From IMG/VR virus record IMGVR_UViG_3300043414_000372, positions 96,001 to 160,000 of that record: a DNA stretch of 64,000 nucleotides. One strand, written 5' to 3'. The notes beneath the pieces were generated by a model. That model saw nothing but the letters and a program-made list of their open reading frames with translations, was not told the DNA's origin and did not search any database. The DNA is from a virus (Duplodnaviria > Caudoviricetes). Positions 1 through 8,596 of the stretch are shown one piece after another. Made by a program: the position numbers and the translations under genes. The stretch's first letter is position 1; each line of letters begins with the position of its first letter.

Positions 1-370
1 ACCATGTTACATCGTGATAGATATCTACAATTTCAATGGGTAAGAATGTAGGACTAAAACTTGTTAATGGATTAAACTCAAACGCATTAAACCCTCTATC
101 ATTGATACTTGTTAGTGGTAACGTTTCCAAGTCACCATGCTCTTTTTCACCAATCAATATCTGCCAATCTACTGGCATCTTAATTGTATGCTTACCAATC
201 TTTAGTACAAGTGCGGGTGCGTTAAAACTTTCTAAAAAGATTAATGGAATATAATGATAATCTACATTACTTGGGTTACTGTTATCTAGTATCGCAAATC
301 GTAAATCATCTATCTCCTCTGGCAATGTCTCTAAGTTATAGTATTCGTTATCTAGGGTTAAAATTCTCAT
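1..370 (-). CDS. Conserved-looking phage hypothetical protein, truncated at window edge (MRILTLDNEYYNLETLPEEIDDLRFAILDNS...)
   Basis: Read manually: ATG at 370, frame open to position 2, directly downstream of uvsW stop; not in the ORF track. Confidence 0.75.
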   Translation of the reverse strand, partial: MRILTLDNEYYNLETLPEEIDDLRFAILDNSNPSNVDYHYIPLIFLESFNAPALVLKIGKHTIKMPVDWQILIGEKEHGDLETLPLTSINDRGFNAFEFNPLTSFSPTFLPIEIVDIYHDVTW

Positions 371-382
371 AGTATTATTATA

Positions 383-1870
383 TCATTTATATGTAAGTTT
401 TTCAACATCAAATGGATAATTAGCCTCTTTATAAAATGCTTTTCTTTGTGTAAGATGCCGTTTTGCAAACTTACAATTACTTGTGATATCCCAAATCTGA
501 ACAAAGTTCTTATCTTCGGCTTTACGAATACCACGTCCAATACTTTGAATCACCCGAACAAAACTCTTACCCGGTTCAATAAGAACAAGATTAAAGATTC
601 GGGGAATATTAATACCCACTGCTGCCACACCATATGTAGCTATAATGATTTTGTTAGTTGCTGTTGCAACCTCGTCATATTGTTCTTTGCGTTCATCCAT
701 ACCAGTGTTACCTGATACGAATACTACATCATATTCTGTTTTGAAATCTCTAAGTAGTTCGGCTAACCTATTATGTAGTTCTTTACCTGCTGCTACTCTA
801 TCAACTAATATTAATGTGTTGCCACTATTCTTAATCACATCGACCAATTGAGTAATTTTATTTAATCGTTTATCATCTTCAAGCAAATGTTTTAGTTCAG
901 ATTGGTAATTACTAAACTCAACCCCATCTTGTAGTTGTACAATGTTTACATGACATTGTGCCAATACACCTCTATCTTGTAATTCGCTAGCAGATAGTTT
1001 ATTAATAACATTTCCAAGACTGATAAAGATTGCTTGACTTGCGAATTTTTCTTTAGGGATAGTACCAGTTAATCCCCAGCGAATTGGTATGTTGCTCATT
1101 ACACCAGTCAATAATTCTTTTAGTGCGTCGGCCTTGGCCATGTGAACCTCGTCTACCATGACACAAACTACACCTTCCAAGAAGTCACCAATCTCAACTT
1201 CTGCTTCACCTGTTTTTGTTTTCTTAAGCATGTTATTCAGACTTTGCCAAGTACAGATTGTATGTGTCTTATTATATTCTTTTCTATCACCAAAGTATAC
1301 ACCAACGTCTAGTCCAAGATTAATGTAATCTGCTTCTGTTTGTGTTACAAGACTTTTGTTTGGTACGATAACAATACTGCGCCCGTAACTTTCAATAGAC
1401 CAACTTAATGCTGCTGTGATTAATGTCTTGCCTGCTCCTGTAGCAATCTCTTGTAGTGATTGTGGATTTTTTAGAAACTCATTAATGATTGATATTTGAT
1501 AGTCACGCAATACAACTGGTTGACCTTCAATAGGATGACCCTTGGGCCAATTCTTGTGTTTGAACGTAGCCTCGGACACTTCACTAAAATTGAATGTTGT
1601 ACTGTATGTACGAAGGTCCTCTAGTTCAATATCATAGTCTCGGCTATCAATAAAGGGAAGTATTTTGGGTAGTAGATTAACATAGCTACTGCCACCGAGA
1701 CTAAAGAAACTTACCTTACCATTCCATCTACCAAGACGGACCGCGGGAAGATACCTTGCTCCGGGCACTTCGTACTCAAACATCTTAACCAGTGCTTTAC
1801 GCTCGGTTAATTCTAAGCCTTCAATCTTTACATTGACTTCATCCCTGACGATTATTTTACATTGTTTCAT
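383..1870 (-). CDS. uvsW: UvsW-like superfamily 2 DNA helicase
   Basis: LRDYQ Q-motif, ATGAGKT Walker A, DEVH, GLTGT, QSIGRGIR motif VI; T4-like context. Confidence 0.92.
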   Translation of the reverse strand: MKQCKIIVRDEVNVKIEGLELTERKALVKMFEYEVPGARYLPAVRLGRWNGKVSFFSLGGSSYVNLLPKILPFIDSRDYDIELEDLRTYSTTFNFSEVSEATFKHKNWPKGHPIEGQPVVLRDYQISIINEFLKNPQSLQEIATGAGKTLITAALSWSIESYGRSIVIVPNKSLVTQTEADYINLGLDVGVYFGDRKEYNKTHTICTWQSLNNMLKKTKTGEAEVEIGDFLEGVVCVMVDEVHMAKADALKELLTGVMSNIPIRWGLTGTIPKEKFASQAIFISLGNVINKLSASELQDRGVLAQCHVNIVQLQDGVEFSNYQSELKHLLEDDKRLNKITQLVDVIKNSGNTLILVDRVAAGKELHNRLAELLRDFKTEYDVVFVSGNTGMDERKEQYDEVATATNKIIIATYGVAAVGINIPRIFNLVLIEPGKSFVRVIQSIGRGIRKAEDKNFVQIWDITSNCKFAKRHLTQRKAFYKEANYPFDVEKLTYK

Positions 1871-1881
1871 AATTAGTACTT

Positions 1882-1911
1882 AGTATAACATAAACTAATT
1901 AGTAATTGCAA
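1882..1911 (-). promoter_or_regulatory. Sigma70-type promoter for uvsW
   Basis: TTGCAA-N18-TATACT upstream of start. Confidence 0.55.
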
Positions 1912-1921
1912 ACATAAAGGC

Positions 1922-1947
1922 AAAAAAAGGGGAACAATTGTTCCCCT
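1922..1947 (-). terminator. Intrinsic terminator
   Basis: Palindrome AGGGGAAC-AATT-GTTCCCCT followed by T7 on minus strand. Confidence 0.85.
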
Positions 1948-1965
1948 ATAAAACTTATATTTTAA

Positions 1966-3000
1966 TTAAGCATTCTTCATGCAAGTTGTACGTGCAAGAT
2001 TTTTCCAGTTTGCTGGGCTGATCTTAACTAGATCGGCAATCTTCAAACACATACGCAAACTCATTTCACGCAGTTTGCCGTGATTTTCCCACATGAAATC
2101 TAGAATTTCAGTTGATTGGGTTTCTTCAAAGTTGTAATCAACAAACAACCCACCTTCAGCATCACGATGGACCTGCTTGATACGCAACATTTTGTCACGC
2201 TCACTATTGATAGTGAGGTCCAGAAAGTGACAACGACTTTGCAATGCTTCCAAGTGATCTTGCAATTTCTTGCTTTTCACATTTTCAAATTTCAAGTTAG
2301 TAATAAAGATAGCACTACCATTGAAATTGAATTGATTTGGGATACCTTCATCACGTAGCAAACGACTGTCACTATTCCAGCAAATCTTGCGGGTCTTGCC
2401 ACTATCCAATGCTGCCTTAAGAATGTTCAAAGCCAATTCATCGGCGAACACACTATCGCAGTCATCAAAAATCAACACATTTTTAGTGTCAGAATATTTG
2501 TACAGTTGAGCATACAACCCTAGCGCAGTCATTGCACCTTTAACAACATTGAAACGAACACGCTTGCCGGCAATCTTGTCAAACATGCTTGATTTTTCCA
2601 TTTGCTTTTCAACGCCGTGCGACTTGCCAACTCCCGGAGGACCCGACACAATCATAGCACGAATGTCACCACTGATACAAGCACTTGCCATTTCATCAAG
2701 AATGCCGAAACGTAGTGCAATGCGATCCATTGCCTCAGTTTCAGTTTCCTTGGTCACTTCTGTCTTTGCTTTAAACTCTACTGTATTATCTGCCACTGTC
2801 TCTCCGTTCATAAATTGAATATCTTCTATCGTATCCACTTTTACTTTGACTTCGGCAATAGCAATAGCGAACTGGCCCTCGTTTTTAACAGTAACATAGT
2901 TACCTTTTTTACCTGTCTGAAATCCTTTGACTAGCGTAAACACTTCATCAACTACAGGTTGATTACGATAGGAGCCAGAAAGAATGCGAATTGTTGACAT
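1966..3000 (-). CDS. P-loop AAA+-type ATPase with N-terminal extension
   Basis: GPPGVGKS Walker A, LIFDDCD Walker B. Confidence 0.8.
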   Translation of the reverse strand: MSTIRILSGSYRNQPVVDEVFTLVKGFQTGKKGNYVTVKNEGQFAIAIAEVKVKVDTIEDIQFMNGETVADNTVEFKAKTEVTKETETEAMDRIALRFGILDEMASACISGDIRAMIVSGPPGVGKSHGVEKQMEKSSMFDKIAGKRVRFNVVKGAMTALGLYAQLYKYSDTKNVLIFDDCDSVFADELALNILKAALDSGKTRKICWNSDSRLLRDEGIPNQFNFNGSAIFITNLKFENVKSKKLQDHLEALQSRCHFLDLTINSERDKMLRIKQVHRDAEGGLFVDYNFEETQSTEILDFMWENHGKLREMSLRMCLKIADLVKISPANWKNLARTTCMKNA

Positions 3001-3032
3001 AGATAAAACCTTTATTTAACTGATAATCCGTT

Positions 3033-3061
3033 ATTTTACACTATAACCCATTTACTGTCAA
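3033..3061 (-). promoter_or_regulatory. Early sigma70 promoter
   Basis: TTGACA-N17-TAAAAT. Confidence 0.85.
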
Positions 3062-3240
3062 TAGTCAGTAAACCCTAGATTGTACATAGCACTACGAAAT
3101 GGCTCTGGGCTTTTCGGGTTGGCCCACATATAAACATCGTCACGTACCTGATCGGTGCAATTGAATTCAAACAATTCATAAATTTGATCGTTTGTGGACA
3201 CTTCACATTGTTGAATAAATTCTACGATACTAGTAATCAT
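3058..3240 (-). CDS. Small early hypothetical protein
   Basis: Own promoter and AAAGGA RBS upstream. Confidence 0.7.
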   Translation of the reverse strand: MITSIVEFIQQCEVSTNDQIYELFEFNCTDQVRDDVYMWANPKSPEPFRSAMYNLGFTDY

Positions 3241-3272
3241 TTTTGATTCCTTTATTAACTGAACAAGATTGT

Positions 3273-3301
3273 ATTATACACCCAATACCATTTATTGTCA
3301 A
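3273..3301 (-). promoter_or_regulatory. Early sigma70 promoter
   Basis: TTGACA-N17-TATAAT, perfect consensus. Confidence 0.9.
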
Positions 3302-3321
3302 GTATTGGGTGTATGCTGTTT

Positions 3322-3588
3322 TTACTTTTGTGTACGCAAGAATGCAGCTTTGCTATTGTGAATGTCGTAAGACTTTTCACCAGTTTTCACTACAAACAAT
3401 TTTGCAGTCCCGCAACTGATTTTAGCTGGGCCCATATTGGGTGCTTTAGTCAGTACTGGGATATGCAGGCCCTGAAAGTTTTTCTCAAACAGAATGCGAG
3501 ACACTTGGCCCTCGCTTGTTGGCAGTTTAGAAAATACAGTGTTATATTGTGCAATCAAAGTATTGATTTCAACTAGAGACATTTTCAT
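3322..3588 (-). CDS. Small early hypothetical protein
   Basis: Own promoter, AAAGGT RBS. Confidence 0.65.
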   Translation of the reverse strand: MKMSLVEINTLIAQYNTVFSKLPTSEGQVSRILFEKNFQGLHIPVLTKAPNMGPAKISCGTAKLFVVKTGEKSYDIHNSKAAFLRTQK

Positions 3589-3615
3589 AGGTACCTTTCA
3601 AGTGATTAAGAGTAT

Positions 3616-3644
3616 ATTATATACCCAATTTCATTTATTGTCAA
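3616..3644 (-). promoter_or_regulatory. Early sigma70 promoter
   Basis: TTGACA-N17-TATAAT. Confidence 0.9.
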
Positions 3645-3709
3645 CTTTTCTTTTGTTGTTTTTATGCAACAAAAGTTATTCATAGATAAAATCAACTGAA
3701 TAAGCCGTA

Positions 3710-3738
3710 ATGATACACGAAAATCCATTTAATGTCAA
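3710..3738 (-). promoter_or_regulatory. Early sigma70 promoter with no substantial gene behind it
   Basis: TTGACA-N17-TATCAT with same spacer family as neighbours. Confidence 0.65.
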
Positions 3739-3760
3739 CCCTGATTCACTGAATGGCCTA

Positions 3761-5275
3761 TTATTTTTTATAGTCAATTTTCAATTTGTTGATCTGGTTA
3801 GTTGTAAATTTGCTAACAGTATACATACCTGTACGTTGACTGCCTAATAATTGTAACCCGATAAATCCGGATGTAGTATTACTTACAGGAATTATAGCAC
3901 CAACTTGATTATTAGAATCAACCAATTGAGGGAACATATCTGTTCCGTCTATAACTGTAAAATTACCATGTCCATCATTTATAAAGAATGATGTACCCCA
4001 TAATTGTTTATTCCTATTTGTCCAATAATGTGCTATTACATCCATATTACCATCACGATTAATATCATTTGGAATTAGATTAAAATAATACTTATATCCT
4101 AAGTTATTATTAGTTTGTGTAACCGATACAAATTTACGACCGTCTGTATTTGAAAGTACAGTATATCCTGAATCTTCTGACATTGATAGTCCACCGTTTG
4201 CCAGTATGCTATCATAGTTAGGTGTGTTTTTATCTGTAACAGTATTTGGCGGGTAGTATATTATATGAGTTGATATTGAAAATACATCAGGCTTGCCATC
4301 ATTGTTAACGTCAATTGAAATTGCGGACACTTCAGCAGTATTTGTAAGTTTCACTGGCCAGCCGGGAATTACAGGGTTTGTAATTCCTGAATGAAACCAA
4401 TCATAACCACCTTGCCCGAACGGACCAGTCGGTAAAGTATTTAGAGTTGAAACATCTAACCCATTTTGACTGCCATATACAATAACATGATTTTTTCCAG
4501 TCCAATCTCCTGTAATTAACAAATCATCATATCCGTCACCATTAAAGTCGGCAGTCACCATTGAAGTTTGCTTATCCAAATCATTATTAACCCAAGACGA
4601 TATCGGGTTTGCTGAGGTAGTAGCTTGACCATTGTTTAGTGATAGCAGCATTGTTGTCCCGGGCACACAACCACTTTCCTGCGCAGGTAATAAAATTTTT
4701 GTTGTATGACTACCATCAAATTTGCCTATCGCTATCGCATAAGACCTAGATGAATTTTCTGGAATTGAATTGCTGCTGTTTGTAAACACACCGTTGTTAT
4801 TAATAGCTACACCAATTTTTGACCCAGTCCACGGTGGCGCATCAAGTCCGGCTTCAGATGCAATAATATCTTTTGATCCATCACCATTAATATCAGCATG
4901 CCATATCCACGGTGAATGTAATACAGTTGGGGCTCCTTGTGGGAAATATTTATTAGTTAAATTGATTGTTGAATTTTGATCTCCGACAACCGTTAATGGA
5001 ATGGGCACTTGCGGATATGATGTTACACTAAAGACAAACTCATTTTTGCCGTCACCATCTAAATCTGCTAATAAACCTGAACGGAAATAATAACTTTTTC
5101 CTGAACCACCGTACATACTGTAATCAATTGTTGTTGAACTTGATATTAGGATGTCATTTATACCTAAAGAATTTAGTTGAGGATTATTGCTAGCAGAACC
5201 ACCACCACCGCCTCCGCAAGCAGATAAAAGTATAACTACTGCAACAGATATTATTGTAGGCTTAATCTTAATCAT
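3761..5275 (-). CDS. FG-GAP/VCBS-repeat lipoprotein (probable beta-propeller)
   Basis: Signal peptide with lipobox LSAC then poly-Gly; about five D-x-N/D-G/N/R-D-G-x-x-D/E repeats (ADLDGDGKNE, ADINGDGSKD, ADFNGDGYDD, DVNNDGKPD, DINRDGNMD). Confidence 0.85.
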   Translation of the reverse strand: MIKIKPTIISVAVVILLSACGGGGGGSASNNPQLNSLGINDILISSSTTIDYSMYGGSGKSYYFRSGLLADLDGDGKNEFVFSVTSYPQVPIPLTVVGDQNSTINLTNKYFPQGAPTVLHSPWIWHADINGDGSKDIIASEAGLDAPPWTGSKIGVAINNNGVFTNSSNSIPENSSRSYAIAIGKFDGSHTTKILLPAQESGCVPGTTMLLSLNNGQATTSANPISSWVNNDLDKQTSMVTADFNGDGYDDLLITGDWTGKNHVIVYGSQNGLDVSTLNTLPTGPFGQGGYDWFHSGITNPVIPGWPVKLTNTAEVSAISIDVNNDGKPDVFSISTHIIYYPPNTVTDKNTPNYDSILANGGLSMSEDSGYTVLSNTDGRKFVSVTQTNNNLGYKYYFNLIPNDINRDGNMDVIAHYWTNRNKQLWGTSFFINDGHGNFTVIDGTDMFPQLVDSNNQVGAIIPVSNTTSGFIGLQLLGSQRTGMYTVSKFTTNQINKLKIDYKK

Positions 5276-5448
5276 TTTTTAGCCGTAGCCGCTTCTGCCG
5301 ATTTTGCTTGTACGCAAGCAGCCTTGATATTTTGAGCCTTGAATTCCTGTGCGGCTTTAGCACAAGTTTCCTGTTGTTCAAACTGACCCACATACATTAC
5401 ATTGGTAGATGACAACCCTACACCAACTAGAACGATAGTCCAAAACAT
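5272..5448 (-). CDS. 58-aa exported/membrane protein (MFWTIVLVGVGLSSTNVMYVGQFEQQETCAKAA...C...)
   Basis: Read manually; stop overlaps lipoprotein ATG (ATGA); hydrophobic N-terminus, two Cys. Confidence 0.65.
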   Translation of the reverse strand: MFWTIVLVGVGLSSTNVMYVGQFEQQETCAKAAQEFKAQNIKAACVQAKSAEAATAKK

Positions 5449-5450
5449 AA

Positions 5451-5669
5451 TTATGCCTTCAAAATGTTAACGATACGCTGATGGATCATATCCATCTCAT
5501 CCTGCTCAACATAAAAGTCCGTAGTCGGGTCATAGTACTGACCTTCCTTAGTATCGTAATACAGGACACGTCCGGAGAAATTGAAGGGACCTTCTAGCCC
5601 TTTACGCGGGCCGTATTTGGTACGCATTTCATCCATCTGAAACTTATCTGCGATAACTTTGTAGCCCAT
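5451..5669 (-). CDS. Small early hypothetical protein (YYD..EGQYYDP motif)
   Basis: Own promoter and AGGAG RBS. Confidence 0.75.
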   Translation of the reverse strand: MGYKVIADKFQMDEMRTKYGPRKGLEGPFNFSGRVLYYDTKEGQYYDPTTDFYVEQDEMDMIHQRIVNILKA

Positions 5670-5702
5670 ACAAAACTCCTGTTGTTGACTGAATAAGACT
5701 CT

Positions 5703-5731
5703 ATTATATATCCGAAACCATTTACTGTCAA
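5703..5731 (-). promoter_or_regulatory. Early sigma70 promoter
   Basis: TTGACA-N17-TATAAT. Confidence 0.9.
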
Positions 5732-5748
5732 GTTTAGGAATGCTACTT

Positions 5749-5964
5749 TTAGTTTACTTTTTCGGTAACGGTATAGTTGAAGCGCCAATAACTTATGTCC
5801 CGTGAACTGCCGTAGCCGGCAAATCCTCGGCTGTTTTCTACGAGAGTGGCACGACCTTCACGGACCATCTTGTTTGCTAGCTTAATCCACTTAGAGCCCT
5901 CAACAACGCGGCAATACCCATCGGCATTCATTACGTCCATCACATCAAAATTAAAACTACGCAT
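5749..5964 (-). CDS. Small hypothetical protein
   Basis: AAGGAG RBS, follows previous ORF closely. Confidence 0.7.
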   Translation of the reverse strand: MRSFNFDVMDVMNADGYCRVVEGSKWIKLANKMVREGRATLVENSRGFAGYGSSRDISYWRFNYTVTEKVN

Positions 5965-5975
5965 AATATTTCTCC

Positions 5976-6350
5976 TTACGCAACCTTACGAAAATACTGA
6001 TAGGGCAAGCCCAGATCATAGCACAGATATTCCCAATCTCCATTGGCGTTGCTAGCATCCATGATCCAGCGTAATGCTGTTTCCCGATCACGGGCACCCA
6101 TGCAAATTGTATCGGTGACATGCTTCTCAAACTTCTCAATAGCATCGGCCTCAAAAACCTTACGCTGGTTCTCATTGTCAGCAATCACACGACCCAGGTA
6201 CTCAAACTCCTGCTGGAACTGTTCCAGAGTCCAAGTGCTGGTGTCAATACCACGAGGACGAATACCATGTGCGTCCTTGTACATATCCCAGAAAATAGAC
6301 TGGGCCTGCTCCAAGTCAGACATTTGTTCCCAAGTAGTGAATTCAGACAT
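5976..6350 (-). CDS. Early hypothetical protein (start refined to ATG at 6350)
   Basis: AAAGGAGC RBS inside promoter cassette; MSEFTTWEQMS... Confidence 0.75.
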   Translation of the reverse strand: MSEFTTWEQMSDLEQAQSIFWDMYKDAHGIRPRGIDTSTWTLEQFQQEFEYLGRVIADNENQRKVFEADAIEKFEKHVTDTICMGARDRETALRWIMDASNANGDWEYLCYDLGLPYQYFRKVA

Positions 6351-6354
6351 ATTT

Positions 6355-6414
6355 GCTCCTTTAATCAATCTAAGCCTCTATTATAGACCCAAAACCATTT
6401 AATGTCAACCGAAA
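6355..6414 (-). repeat. 60-bp promoter+leader+RBS cassette, copy 1 (promoter 6380-6408)
   Basis: Identical to 6936-6995; contains TTGACA-N17-TATAAT and AAAGGAGC. Confidence 0.95.
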
Positions 6415-6614
6415 GCGTATGCCCTAACCCACTCAAATTTGGTGTCAGCCGGCACCCACTTGAACTCGGTCCGCTTACGATAGGTCTTCTCAAAGTCGCA
6501 GCAGATCATGATCCAACCCCGGTCAGGGCTGAAGCCTACCTTGCTGGCGGCCCGGACGATTTCAACCACCCTACCGTCTGTCATCTTTGCTACTGTGATC
6601 ATTGTGTGCTCCAT
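6405..6614 (-). CDS. Small early hypothetical protein
   Basis: Sits between two cassette copies. Confidence 0.65.
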   Translation of the reverse strand: MEHTMITVAKMTDGRVVEIVRAASKVGFSPDRGWIMICCDFEKTYRKRTEFKWVPADTKFEWVRAYAFG

Positions 6615-6661
6615 TAATCAATCTAAGAGTACATTATATACCCAAAACCATTTAATGTCAA
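6608..6661 (-). repeat. Diverged promoter cassette copy (promoter 6633-6661)
   Basis: gctccattaatcaatctaag...attatatacccaaaaccatttaatgtcaa; TTGACA-N17-TATAAT. Confidence 0.9.
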
Positions 6662-6930
6662 TCCCGTTTCATTACATATTCAAACAGAATCCACTTAGCA
6701 CGATTCAGACATTGACGGGCATCTTCAGCCCGCATATAGTCAACATCACCGTACTCGGTGTTAACCATTTCTTGGGCGTCACTCATGAGGCTAGCAACCA
6801 TCATAGCAGGACCGGACAGTTTGAAAGTGATGCTAGATTCCACAGACTCACGCATACCTGCTACGGTCACGCCGTACATACGAACTTCACGTTTTTCTTG
6901 CTCTGTCAAACGGTCGTAAACTTGTGTCAT
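6658..6930 (-). CDS. Small early hypothetical protein
   Basis: Cassette RBS AAAGGAGC upstream. Confidence 0.75.
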   Translation of the reverse strand: MTQVYDRLTEQEKREVRMYGVTVAGMRESVESSITFKLSGPAMMVASLMSDAQEMVNTEYGDVDYMRAEDARQCLNRAKWILFEYVMKRD

Positions 6931-6935
6931 AACTA

Positions 6936-6995
6936 GCTCCTTTAATCAATCTAAGCCTCTATTATAGACCCAAAACCATTTAATGTCAACCGAAA
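6936..6995 (-). repeat. 60-bp promoter+leader+RBS cassette, copy 2 (promoter 6961-6989)
   Basis: Identical to 6355-6414. Confidence 0.95.
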
Positions 6996-7015
6996 TTTTA
7001 GCTATGGCCATAAGC

Positions 7016-7040
7016 AAAAACCCCCGATATCGGGGGTTTT
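7016..7040. terminator. Bidirectional intrinsic terminator
   Basis: AAAACCCCCG-ATAT-CGGGGGTTTT perfect palindrome at ORF end. Confidence 0.85.
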
Positions 7041-7917
7041 ATGCTAATTTCCACTTAATCATTTTGTAATGGGAAATACTATCCCTATTGCTAAATCTAA
7101 TTACAGTATCAAGTGTTATCTCGTGAAACTTGCCCCTATCATAAAAGTAATCCCACAAGTGCATCAATTCATTATTTGAATCAATTTCAATTTTGTAAGG
7201 TTTATTTTCATTATCTTTCAACCAATACTCTACAAATTTTCTACTTTTGCGTTTTACTGTAAATTTCTTAACTGGAGTAAGTGTTTTTATTGTAGATAAT
7301 GATATTTGTGATCCTTCAAATCTAGTATCTAGTTCTAAAAACATTTCATCTAGCCCAACATCATACTCATAGAATTCAGGCAAACGATACACTAATGGCA
7401 TCATTTCTTCTTTGACTACTTTACAATCACCATGAATGAATGTGTTTAAATCTTTTCTATAACTAGTTAGTTGTTGACCCTTCAAGGTAAACATCATAAG
7501 TTTCTTACTGTAATAGTCACGGATAACATTAGCCTTTTCTCTATCTTCCTGAATCATTTCTTTGAATAGTATTTCATCAGTAAGTTTAGTTGGTCTATTG
7601 CTAGGATTCATTATGTTACTAATACCATGACTAATTAATGGGCGCAATCTATGCCAAGTAACACTCAATGCTAAAATATCTTCGGATGTTTCAAACACCT
7701 CATATTTCTTAACATTTTTATTACCAAAAATATCCCAATCATTACTTGTACCATTCAATCCACTAAGTGTAAGTGAAGTTAATGGTTGAATGTTACCCAT
7801 TGTGATTGTATGGTGACTACCGTTGGTAGTGGCAATAACACCAGATGATCTAGGATTTCTTGCTGCGAATTGTTTTTGTATATTTGAATTAGCCAATTGT
7901 AATATCTTCCATTCCAC
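7039..7917 (-). CDS. Hypothetical protein (true start uncertain, probably downstream of 7889)
   Basis: Long ORF directly after uvsY. Confidence 0.7.
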   Translation of the reverse strand: MEWKILQLANSNIQKQFAARNPRSSGVIATTNGSHHTITMGNIQPLTSLTLSGLNGTSNDWDIFGNKNVKKYEVFETSEDILALSVTWHRLRPLISHGISNIMNPSNRPTKLTDEILFKEMIQEDREKANVIRDYYSKKLMMFTLKGQQLTSYRKDLNTFIHGDCKVVKEEMMPLVYRLPEFYEYDVGLDEMFLELDTRFEGSQISLSTIKTLTPVKKFTVKRKSRKFVEYWLKDNENKPYKIEIDSNNELMHLWDYFYDRGKFHEITLDTVIRFSNRDSISHYKMIKWKLA

Positions 7918-8350
7918 TTGTGCGTAGTCGCACGATATGACCCATCTGCCATTGTTTGGCCTCTAGGCCCTTCATTATACCAAGCCAACGATTTCTAAGA
8001 TAAGCGACTTCGTTAATCAATACTTCCATATCAATTACTTCATCTTCGCCTTCAGCATACTTTTCAGCATCACGGCTTGTCAATGCTCTATTATACGCTT
8101 CTAAATATTTTTGAAAATGAGTTCGGCGAATCTTCTTTAATCTAATATTGAGCAAGTTAAGTACCGCTTCTACTTCTTGTAATTGATTGAATCTATGTTC
8201 GGTGACACCAGGAATAGCAGCAATGTTCTTTTCAACATTGCCGTATACCTTTACTTCTTTTTTTGCTTGTTCTAACTCAGATTCAAAGTGTTGAATGAAA
8301 TCAGGTATCTCACCTAAGTTCACTGATACTCTTGTATACCAATTTGACAT
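7889..8350 (-). CDS. uvsY: UvsY-like recombination mediator
   Basis: Helical protein with KYLEAYNRALTSRDAEKY and GIMKGLEAKQWQ, next to uvsX. Confidence 0.8.
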   Translation of the reverse strand: MSNWYTRVSVNLGEIPDFIQHFESELEQAKKEVKVYGNVEKNIAAIPGVTEHRFNQLQEVEAVLNLLNIRLKKIRRTHFQKYLEAYNRALTSRDAEKYAEGEDEVIDMEVLINEVAYLRNRWLGIMKGLEAKQWQMGHIVRLRTSGMEDITIG

Positions 8351-8596
8351 TTAATCCCATTCGTCTAAATCTTCTTCTTCAAATTCTTCGTAATCATCTT
8401 CTTGGAAATGTTCTTCGGCGTAACCTTTTAATGCTTTAGTGATATCTTTGTCCTTGAAGGCATCTTTGATATCATCTATCTCATAATTATTATCAATTAA
8501 AAAATTGACAAGTGTATCTGCCGCATCATCACGTTCACTTAAATCAATATGTTCACGTAATGCATCCCAAACTTCTGATATAACATCTAAACTCAT
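8351..8596 (-). CDS. Small acidic hypothetical protein
   Basis: Translationally coupled between uvsX and uvsY. Confidence 0.75.
   Translation of the reverse strand: MSLDVISEVWDALREHIDLSERDDAADTLVNFLIDNNYEIDDIKDAFKDKDITKALKGYAEEHFQEDDYEEFEEEDLDEWD

Noticed and set aside
6355-6995. CRISPR-like repeat-spacer array
   Set aside because: Repeats are promoter/RBS cassettes separated by 200-550 bp coding genes, not 30-40 bp spacers; no cas genes
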